Part shown: positions 1-10,047 of the stretch, piece after piece | Layout: each line of letters begins with the position of its first letter | Numbering within the stretch: position 1 is the first letter of the stretch | Source of the DNA: Trichinella spiralis | Lineage: Eukaryota | Length of the DNA stretch: 21,422 bases | Assembly (NCBI RefSeq): GCF_000181795.1 | Contig: NW_003526941.1 | Coordinates: 10,717,782 to 10,739,203 of the forward strand | Reading direction: 5' to 3' | Program-made: the position numbers and the translations under genes | Notes under the pieces: generated by a model | What the model saw: the letters and a program-made list of their open reading frames with translations, nothing else | Databases searched by the model: none | Told to the model about the DNA's origin: nothing

Positions 1-703
1 GAAAATAATTGCTAAACTGTTGGCAATTTTCGTCAGATAACATACTGAGCACTGCACCGTGAATTTACCTTCACCCATTGATTGAAGAAACTTTCAACGA
101 GTAAAATGAAAAATATCCATTAAACAAACATTTTATATACATTTCGTCTACTCTTCTTTTTAAGTCAGTTTTACAAATTATATAGCACCATTTCAGTGAC
201 ATTTTGAAATATTTGCTTATACATACATTCGTCTGCAATAATAAATATTTATACGTTTGCCATCATAAACGAAAACTGATTAAAATCTCTAAAATTACAT
301 TCATAACGTATGAAAATAAGCTTGAATAAACTGAAACAGATTTATCAAAAAATCGAATTATTATTCAACTAATCAGTAAAGATTTCGGCATAAATTCAAC
401 ATAAAAGTAATGCTACCAAGCTATTGAAATTGCGTTATTATCTAAAAATTATAAAAAGTATATAGACAAAAAAGAAAACGTGCAAATTCTACATTCATAA
501 TCTACTTATGAATGAATTAAGAAAATGGTAATCATTCATTGCATAAATTTCAAACTTGAACATTATTAATTTACAGTAATCAATGACTGCCAAAGAAACG
601 AAAAGCTGATAAGTCTTTAACTTGATATTTTCATTTAAATTCATTTACAATTATTCAGATCAAAGAAATAAAAAATAACAAATACAATCATACTGTTGTT
701 GCA

Positions 704-709
704 TTTCAG
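704..709 (+). promoter_or_regulatory. 3' splice acceptor (TTTCAG) 19 nt upstream of the eIF2-alpha ATG; candidate SL trans-splice site or 5'UTR intron acceptor
   Basis: gcaTTTCAGgtaaaaaacgcggaacaaaATG; matches the nematode acceptor consensus. Confidence 0.5.
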
Positions 710-728
710 GTAAAAAACGCGGAACAAA

Positions 729-2614
729 ATGCCGCATCTCTCTTGTCGGTTCTATGCAGACAAATATCCTCAAGTCGAAGATACCGTTGTCGTCACTGTA
801 CGGTCTATAGCTGAAATGGGTGCATATGTTAGCCTTCTGGAGTACAATAATATTGGTAACTTACTCTTTTTGAAGCTTGAAATTAATTTATTTTAATGCT
901 CATTTCAAAAAATTCAACTACCCTACGACATTACCTAGTTAGCCAGAAGTCACTGTTCAACAACATTACATTCGTCATGGAATTGTATTTGAATACGCAT
1001 TTCTAGACTTGTCTAAAACATTAGTTTATATTAATTATTTAGAATCAAGAATGAACTAAGCATACTTATAGACTAGACATAACATATGATTCCATGATTA
1101 TTGCAATTGATGTAAAGGCATTAGTTTGATTTTAGAAGGTATGATTTTGCTGAGTGAATTATCACGCCGTCGTATTCGATCAGTGAACAAGCTTATTCGT
1201 GTTGGGCGCAGTGAATGCGTCGTTGTCATTCGTGTTGATGAAGATAAAGGTAAGCTGTGAAACTTACTTGATTCTATCTAGTTCTCTTTATTTAACAAAT
1301 TGAGATGGCAAATTGTTTGCTTCCATTTATCAATAGATATTATTCGTAAATTACGTCAGGTGATTTTTGCAAAAATACAGTATTTTGAGTCATTTAAGAT
1401 CTCATTACAGTATGCTTTTTTTGATATTTTAACAAATCAAATTATCTTCACTGGATAAGTAATAGTTTGTTTAAAAATGTATAAAACCTCTAGGATATAT
1501 TGATTTATCAAAACGAAGAGTATACACGAAAGATTTGATTGAATGTGAAGAACGATTTGCCAAAGCGAAAGCTGTGTACAGCATCTTACGTCACGTTGCC
1601 GATCAACTTGGTTATGATTCTGACAATCAACTTGAAGATTTATTAAATCGTACCGCATGGCACTTTGACCGAAAATACAACAAAAAGGCAGCTTCGTATG
1701 AAGTATTTAAAAAAGCAGTCAAGTAAATATACGTTGATTTTTAAAACAACTGTATCGTTTTACAAATTACCGTAAAAATGAGAAAAAAAATTTTTTAACA
1801 GTGACGAAAGCGTACTTGATGAATGTGATATTGACGACGCGACAAAAGAGAAAATATTAGAAAATATTCGTAAACGGCTTACCCCCCAGGCAGTGCGAAT
1901 TCGAGCTGGTAAAGTAACCATCATTGACATTTCAGTTGGAAGTGATGATGCTTATCACACGTTGGTTCAGATGTCGAAGTGAGTTGTTTCGGCTATGATG
2001 GTATCGACGCTGTGAAAGCAGCGCTCTCTGAAGGTTTGAAATGTTCAACAGAAGAGATGCCAATCAAGGTAGAGTAGTAAATCTGAGAAAATTAATTTTC
2101 CATAAATATGAAATGATAAATTTTTTTTGGTTTGTTTTTTTTTAAATCATTACCATCAATTTCAACAGATCAACCTCATCGCACCACCTCTGTATGTGGT
2201 GACGACGAGCACTTTCGAACGAACCGAAGGTTTGGCTGCAGTAAATGCAACACTGGAACGTATCCGTGAAAGCATTGAAAGCAACAATGGGCGCTTCAGA
2301 ATCATATTAGCTGTAATTTTGTGCTGCAAAGCCGATGATCGATCATCTTGTTTTTTCTCTGTGTTCTTCTTCTCTTCATTTTCTTTCCCTTCAATTTTCA
2401 GCCTAAAGTGGTTACCGATTGGGATGAAGAAGATATTAAACGTAAATTGGAACTGCTGGAATTGGAAAGTGCCGAAGTGCCGGGCGACGATGATGATGAA
2501 GAAACCGAAGGGATGGTGGCTCCTGCAGGTCTGGACCGTCAGTATGACAAAGAGCAGCACAACGTAGTACGAGAAAAAGACGAAGAAGAAGAAGCAGCTA
2601 GCGATGGTGATTGA
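729..2614 (+). CDS. EIF2S1: Eukaryotic translation initiation factor 2 subunit alpha, 343 aa. Exons 729-855, 1136-1249, 1494-1722, 1802-1908, 1971-2068, 2169-2312, 2402-2614
   Basis: Spliced translation [20 protein letters not shown]...[37 protein letters not shown]...[11 protein letters not shown]...[10 protein letters not shown]. Contains the Ser51 phospho-loop and KGYIDLSK motif and ends in an acidic tail. All introns are GT-AG with consistent phases (1032 nt). Confidence 0.97.
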
Positions 2615-2745
2615 AAAATTCAAAAGTTATCCTAATTGATTAAGTTATTGTAATTATCACTGAATGAAAGAAAAAGAAATTAAAAGTTTAAAAATGAGAA
2701 TGTTTATTATTTGTAAAAAACAAACTGTAGCGACGGAATCAACAA

Positions 2746-3425
2746 TCAGAAACGTTCCAAACTTCGAGAAGCAATAGATCGCAAAGAACCGTATACTTTT
2801 GACGGAGGTCTGCCTTAAAAAGTTCCAATTTAAAAAAGCAGCAAAAAAAAGGAAATTTTAAATACAACAAACCTAAAATTAAACTACAAATCGCGTTGCG
2901 TGCGAATCGTATATTCTGATAAGAACCGAGGATGTGAATTTTACTGTCGGCAACGACAATCCGAGTTTTGGTCACGTTCTCAATGGTGAACTTGGTTCGA
3001 CCATCCTTGCCAACAAGGCGACCAATAGCCCTGGACAAATGGTCCCCTTTCAACGGCTTGACGTCGTTGATTTCGAACGACTCGACGAACAGATCGTCCA
3101 AACGAACCAACGCCAGGGCGTCTTCGACGCCGAATCCCAGCACGAACGCTTTGACAAAGTCGGCAGCCTTTTGCAAATTATTCAAATCCTCGGTTTCAGG
3201 ACTGCGTCGAATTTCCACATCCCGCTTGCGGATGTTGAAGCGGATCTGCAATTTCAAATGCTCCACTATGGGCGTGTAGATTTTCGGCCAGTTTTCCTTC
3301 AACGGATTGAAACGATGCGCCGGAACAGAAACTCGGCGATACTCGTCCGTCTTGAGCTTCTTGTTCAAACGCTTCTTCTTCCTTTTCTCTCTATTTCCAC
3401 TGGTCACTTCTTCCATCGGTTCCAT
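2746..3425 (-). CDS. PNO1: RNA-binding protein PNO1/Dim2 (KH domain, 40S biogenesis), about 206 aa. Exons 3425-2873, 2813-2746
   Basis: [35 protein letters not shown]...[13 protein letters not shown]...[39 protein letters not shown]. Removing a 59-nt GT-AG intron gives the conserved end [22 protein letters not shown]. Confidence 0.95.
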
Positions 3426-3646
3426 ATCTACTTTTAAAAAAACAAATAAAAACAGCTGAAAACAATTCATTCAAAGTAATATATAATTTCGATCAAACAT
3501 CGATCTGAATTTTATCTTAAAACCAATGCACAATCGTTATTTGCTCTTCCTTTTTATTATATCCATATTTAACACGTTTCATGAAGTTATTCATATTGCC
3601 AAATGATTGTTTGAAGCATTAAGCAGAAGAAGCAAACAGAAAAAAA

Positions 3647-5260
3647 TTACACCATTTTGTTGAGCAAGTGGGTCTCCTCTTCAGCGCACATCAACAAGAC
3701 ACTGATCGCTTTAAACATGTGCATACATACGATTGCGTTGATTTTTCGTACCAATGACTTGAATGATTATACATTTTTGAAATATTCATAATTGACAATC
3801 TGTGAAGATCGACCCAACTTTTCCTCAAGTGTTTTCATCTTGGACTCTAATTCAGATATTGTATTCTTAAAATGCCACTCTCGGAAGGCAAAATTTCGTT
3901 CCAAGTTTCGACTGTAAAGTGCCAATCGCTTTCTTTCTTTCCGTAACGTGACCAATTCATGCTCTTTTCTAGACAATTTTTCCAAACAGTGCAACGTTGG
4001 ATAAGAAGCTTCTCTGCCATTGCTCAATCGACCAATATGATCCACGGTAGAGCATTCACTACTCGGTTAGGTGGTTGGATTTTCATTCACCACTGACTTG
4101 TTATAATGGTGTTGTAATTCTTTCTAATGAACGTATACGTTGCTTTTCCAATTCCATTTCCATCATTTGCAACCGTTCTCAAAACTGCGTCTGTCATTCT
4201 TCCGCTATGATGCAGAAATTTTTTCCATTTCACGCATCAAAATTTCATACCCTTTCAACTTCAACTGATCTTTCGAATCTTCATTCAACTTTTCATCTGG
4301 GCATTCACTTTCACGCTGTAATTATATTTTAAAAATTAAAAACCAAACACACAAACACACATATATATTCTAACCTTGGAATTGGTAATCTTCCATAGTT
4401 TTCAGTTTCAGAAACTGAATCTTCTTTTTCTTCGCAACTTCCTTCTCCGTTCCTCTTCCAACTGCTTTTTGATCAAATTTGAATTTGAAAAGCGCCAAGC
4501 ACTGTGGTCAGTTCGGCAATTTTCTTCTCATGAGTAGCTATACGAGGATAACATTCCTCATTCCTGCTCAAACTAAAAACTGCTAAAAGTAAACAATTAT
4601 TCAAAATGCATCCTTACAATCTCAAACTTACATCTTAAATTCGTTTCAATCCTTTAAAATGACCATTCATTAAAATACAATTTAAAATTGATTAACAACA
4701 AAAAAACGCACTATTTCTAAATGATCGAATATAAAAGTAAAATCAAAATTATGCCCCAGTAAAACAGAAATTTATTTACAATTTAAATGCTAAACAGCAT
4801 CACAATAAACAGATCAAAAATCACAATTTAATAATAAAGGAGAAAAATGTTTCACGCGCTGTGTTACCTGAATTTCAAACAATTGTCGACGTAATGTTTC
4901 TGTTTCTTTTCGCAAAGTTTCAAATTTCTTTGACAATATCTCGTGTCGTTTCTCTTTTTCCAGAATAAGCAATCGTAATTTTTAAGTCTGAAAATAAAAT
5001 TTTTTAATAACTTTAAACTAATTCCAGGGGAAGAGAATTCACTTCTGGATTGGAAACATTTTGCGGTTCATGTTCCGAACTGGATTGGAATAACCATGAC
5101 TGTTTCGAAAACTTTCAACGCTTTCCTCAGCTAAACAAACAAACAAATATATTAAATTACCAAAACAATCAAAACCTCAACCTCTGCAAAACGTCCTTCA
5201 TACTGTGTCGCCTGCTTGTCCACTTTTCAACACTTGCCCAATTGACGAGACCTGTATGCA
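3647..5260 (-). pseudogene. GCC1: Decayed, intron-containing pseudogene of a GRIP-domain golgin (GCC88/GCC1-like)
   Basis: Colinear GCC88-like fragments: KQATQYEGRFAE (5217-5182), RIATHEKKIAELTTVLGAF, ERLQMMEMELEKQRIRSL, TLHCLEKLSRKEHELVTLRKERKRL, and a GRIP domain NYEYFKNV...HMFKAISVLLMCAEEE. Interrupted by in-frame stops (TGA 4196-4194, TGA 4181-4179, TAA 4069-4067, TAA 3769-3767) and several frameshifts. The 5' boundary is approximate. Confidence 0.75.
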
Positions 5261-6291
5261 ATGGCACCTGTACGAAATTACACAAAGCCACGCAAATTTC
5301 ACTTAGAATCTTCTAATTTCAATTCGTATAATATCTTTTCAAAAATCCTAAAATCATCGATTACAATAAAATTATGATAATACAATAGAATAAAAAATAT
5401 AAGATAAGAGAAAATACAGTAAAAACAGTATCACACAAATGTGCCACACACAAAATTAAAAACAAAAATAACATCACAGTAAAATTACAGGCTGAATTTA
5501 AAAAAATTGTTCGGCACAACATAAAAAAATAAAAGTATTTTTTGTTTAATTAAATTTGATCATTTTATTTAAATACTCTGACATAAATAACTTATATTAC
5601 TATTAAACGAAATGACACAATGTCAGCGTAGGGCATATGTTTGTTCCATCTTTCAGCTACTTGGCAAAGATTAATAAATTTAATTCACATAAAATTATCA
5701 AGCATTAAGCTTCAAACAATTCTTATCAAATCATAATAATCAACTCACCAGACAGACAATTCACATCAAACAACTATCATACAGTATGAACAAAGAAGCA
5801 GATAATCAAGGTTAAAGATGATAAATGAAGTCATTATTTAAAGTTTATAATTAAAATTTCAGTTTATATAGCATCATAACTTTTAATTTGTATATGGAAA
5901 TTATTATAGGTTAAAATATTTTACATTATTTAGTCTTTCTCATCTTCATTAAATATTGTGCTTTTTGTAGTATTATCTTTTCCATATTGCACCATAATGA
6001 TGGATTAAATGTTATTTAATAGTCAATTGTTGTTAAAGTTTGCAAAATTCATGCTTTAATAAAAACCATATTGAGCAGTAGCAGAAAATTGATTCAATAA
6101 TGGTGTACATTTATGAAATGAAACTCAAACGCGTACACTAGGTAATTTAACTTGATTTTAAATAAACAATTTAAAATTTACTTAGAGATTTTATTTGATC
6201 CGTTAGCTTTCATCAACACTACTTTGTGACGATTTAATGGGCTTTTTTTTCTATTTCAATCATTGAGCAACAGCAGCAGCAGCAGCAATCG

Positions 6292-6884
6292 ATGGTCAGC
6301 ATACTACTACGTACAGCCGATGATGATTTGAGCGCCATCTATTTGCTTCAACGTATCTTGCATGCAACAGTAGAAGCAATTGCTTTGAGACGAAGCCGAC
6401 TTGTAAGCCGGCTCAACGAGATGACCATCCAACGGATGGAACTGCTTCGACAAACTCTGCCCTTCGGACGTTGCTTATGGTCGGCAAAGCCGAAGCGAAA
6501 GCAGCTAAACGATAACGATACTACTCCAATAGCAACAACGAGACGATGGAATGCCAATGGAAAAGCTGGCGATGATAAAGCGTCGGTTGAAGATTTGGCT
6601 AATTGCAACGTGATCCAAGAATCGCAGATTCAAGCCAAAGTTGACGATTCAACATTTGTTGACCGAATTTTGACGCTTTTCCATTTGCTTCAGAACAAAA
6701 TTACCGAGTATGTATGTAAATTGAATTTTGATTTTCCATTATAAAGCAAGCAAGCAAGTTATTAATTGTTGAATGATGCAGTAAATGTATTTCTTGTTCA
6801 ACACAATTATGTAGAATAGTCGTACTTGGGATCAATTTTACACCAGATGAAGTTGTATCAGTGTCGAATTGTTGGTTTAGTTAA
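6292..6884 (+). CDS. Hypothetical lineage-specific protein, about 161 aa. Probable exons 6292-6707, 6815-6884
   Basis: GC-richer open frame of about 140 codons in AT-rich surroundings. Donor GA|gtatgt at 6708 and acceptor tatgtag| at 6814 give an in-phase last exon EIVVLGINFTPDEVVSVSNCWFS*. No family recognised. Confidence 0.55.
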
Positions 6885-8248
6885 ATTAACTAAATAATAG
6901 AATTGTAAATGAACGACAACAAAGCATAATCTTCCATGTTGTAAATTATTGCGTAAACTGAGCTTGTTATAAAATAAAAACGTGTGAAATCAATAAAAGA
7001 ATTCCAATCTCTTCAATCGGTACTAACATGACAGCCAGGTAATTTAGGAATACAAATCTGACAGCAGGAAGACTAGCATTTTCCATTAATAAGCTCAGCA
7101 TTGTTAAAAATAATTTTTAGATATTTTTTCACATTTCTGCATTCATCCAAATCATGATGGAATAATAAGTTTTATAAATTCACAAACTTTTCAAATGAAT
7201 ATTTCAAATGGGTTGGTTTTCATTTGAATTGGTCCACTTCAATTTTTTAACAAAAATGTTGCCAGATGGCAAAGTCAGAGTATTTATTTATATTCAAAAG
7301 AAAAAAAACCGATCGTTAATTCCAATTTTAAATTAACTTTTTTTTTGAAAAAAATTGCCCTGCATTTTACCGAGTGCAAAAATTTTTGATTGACAAACAC
7401 ATGTTACGTCTGTTTGCATAAGCAAAACAAATCTACTATTTCAGCATGGAATTGATGAGCAAATTTTGCAGATATTTGAAATGTGAAATTTTCCATGTCA
7501 ACGCATCCGCTGCATGAAATTACTGAATGCACGTTATTCGGAAATACTTTTATAACAGTTGCGGAAATTCAATAATTTATTCAAAATGAACATTATAATT
7601 GAAAAGAAACTGATAAAATGAACATTTTAATCTAAAAAAAAATATATATATATACGGTTGTCATTGAATATACATCTATACATCCAATTTCAACTGTTCA
7701 ACTTTTGTATAAGTATTCTACAGTAAATTTTTCAAATTTAACATTACAGTATAGATGAAACTGTATTATATTATATAATTACAGTAAATACAGTATTATA
7801 TAAATAATGGAGAAAAGTAAAAAGCGTGAAAGTATTTTCAGTAGAAACTGTATAAAAATTTATGACCATCGATCGTATTTTTTATTTTGGAAACACCTTT
7901 CTTCTCGTTTGTCATTAGAGAAAAACAAAATTTGCGTAATCTTCTTTGCTGAATGATTTTTTTCTTGTCGTTTAAATTTAAACAGCTTCACGTTGAACAA
8001 CAGGCTGCTACAATTTTCACTTTTAATTTTCAACTGAATAATCAAAACTCGTCAATCCAAGTTGACACTTGAAGAAGTCGAGTGGACATTGATTTATTCT
8101 TTTTGTAATGAATAACCAAATGAGTGGTTGATTTGAAACGCATCACTGAGAACGAGAGCCATCAATCTTTATCGATCAATTTAAATCATGCTCGATAAAT
8201 TTTTACTGAAACATTTAACCCTTCAGTTTTTTCTTCTTCTAAATTCAG

Positions 8249-9450
8249 ATGGTGTTAAATCAATTTTCATATTCTCGATTAATCATTATTCATTATTATT
8301 ATTTTGTTATGATGGAAAAATTCATTCATTTGTTTGATATATATTTTTATGATGCTTTTGAGAATAAAAAAAACAAAGAGAAATTGTGTATTTTAAGCAA
8401 ATTCGAAACATTCGGCACTGATAAACTTCAACAAGCTGCTGAAGAAGCAATTTACGAAGCATTTGGATTCAGCATTAAAAAGTGCAATGAAAGTGTGTTT
8501 GTGAACAAAGGCAAAATTTATCCCAATCAAATAGTTTGCATTTATCCTGGTAAGTAAGATTTATTTGCACATTGTACGTTTACTCGACATTGTATTCATT
8601 AAAAAATGAATTATTAACCAAATATTATGTTTTTTTAAACACAAATATTTATTTGTGTTGTTTCATTAGGGAAATAATTGTTGAGGACATGACTGGTACA
8701 AACAAGAATGTAAAAATTGTTGTTCATTTTGTGAATTTTCCAAAACAATCATGTCATGAATTGTATTATTATGTCATGCATGAAAAAAAAGTTCTCAACA
8801 AAATTCAAAATGAGTTTAATGTGAAAATTTATGAATTTACAATATTTATCAATTGAATAATAGGTACTGTATACAGTCCACAACAAACAAGATTATGCAC
8901 AAGTTGCAACAAAAAATACGTATACATGTGTCAAGATGGAACGTTGGTCGACGCAAATGATACAGGTGTCGCCAGACTCATTTACAAGTAAAAAAATATA
9001 CACAGAAACATGAGTGGGAATTTATTGCGGTTTTCATTTACTCTTTTTGAAGATCTTGCACATACAGAGATAGACATTCGGATTCGTTTTACAACGACAT
9101 GACTTGGATGTCCTCATCTCCGGTGAATCCACTAGCTGTTGGACAATATGTGGAATACGGTAAAGGGTATATTTATTTAAATTTAGCATTGAACAAGCAC
9201 GGCAACTCTGCTTGTAGATTGCAATGGTATAAATGTACAAGCGAAAGAATTGGATTTGGAATTGAACAACTTGGAAGGTGGATTGAGGAAATTTTTGCCT
9301 ATTCTTCGCTATTTCAACTGCAGCAACCGAAATAAGCAGAACAACGTGATTCGTGTTGTAGTTTTCGTTTCGACCAAAACAATCTCAGCCGGTGAAAAGT
9401 TGAAGTGCGCTTTCAAGACAAAATCCGCTGAAAACAACATCAGAAGCTGA
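8249..9450 (+). CDS. SETD9: SET domain-containing protein 9 (SETD9)-like, about 254 aa, probably catalytically degenerate. Exons 8249-8549, 8864-8987, 9053-9159, 9218-9450; 5' start uncertain
   Basis: EEAIYEAFGFSI...VFVNKG...IVCIYPGTVY...CQDGTLVDANDTGVARLIYKSCTYRDR...DMTW...NPLAVGQYV...LRKFLP...IRVVVFVSTKTISAGE. These match SETD9 motifs as recalled (YPGTVY, DG-x2-D, SC-x2-RDR, NPLAVGQY). Intron phases are consistent, and the ATG at 8249 directly follows TTCAG. Confidence 0.85.
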
Positions 9451-9840
9451 AAAGCTGACAACATGCACAATTTTGTGTTTGAGAATTGTTTCACTTTGAA
9501 CATTGTGACCATGGAAGAAAAGTTGAAGAAACCATTTTCCGCACCTGAAGATATTTAAATTTATTTCAATTGCTCCAAGTGAATATTAAATTAAATTTTA
9601 AAAAATAATATAAAACATATATATATATTTATTTATTTATTCCAATATATATTTATATATTTTTAACTGCATGATGAAATGAAGACTTGAAAATCAAGTA
9701 TGCATAAAATTTTCAATGTTCATTTTAAAGTATTAGCTGTGATTTGGTTTCCATTTTTGGGATGAACTCTGGCTCTTCTGATTGGAATTTTCGAATCATT
9801 TCAACGTGTCAAAATCTATCAAACTCAGGCTCATAGTAAA

Positions 9841-9900
9841 AACAACAACAACAACAACAGTAATAATAATAATAACAAGAACAGCAATAGTAACAGTAAT
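9841..9900. repeat. Compound (AAC)n/(AAT)n degenerate trinucleotide microsatellite between the convergent SETD9 and NTPDase genes
   Basis: aacaacaacaacaacaacagtaataataataataacaagaacagcaatagtaacagtaat. Confidence 0.8.
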
Positions 9901-10047
9901 TATCCCCCTCCCCAGCTCTCAAAAAAAGCACAGAATAGTTTCATTCCATCCTCTTGAAAAAACCATCATCAGCGTTCAATTTTCAAACATTAAGCATAAT
10001 GGCATAATTTCAAATTTTCAAAAATAATAACAAGAATAATAAATACT

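Noticed and set aside
2127..2623. Overlapping ORFs 2127-2567 (+) and 2162-2623 (-)
   Set aside because: These are intron read-through and an antisense shadow of eIF2-alpha exons 6-7.
2934..3437. Plus-strand ORFs of 167 and 103 aa
   Set aside because: Antisense shadows of PNO1 with no independent coding signal.
2739..3470. 243-aa single-exon ORF taken as the PNO1 protein
   Set aside because: It runs through a 59-nt intron into the wrong frame. Splicing restores the conserved PPSKVYG C-terminus, and the upstream Met lies in T-rich acceptor sequence.
7446..7517. Short ATG ORF (MELMSKFCRYLK...) directly after a TTTCAG, considered as SETD9 exon 1, together with a coding-like stretch at 8038-8104
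   Set aside because: I could not find a stop-free, in-phase splice path to the SETD9 exons.
8572..8856. 94-aa ORF inside SETD9 intron 1
   Set aside because: AT-biased composition, and including it would split the conserved YPG|TVY motif.
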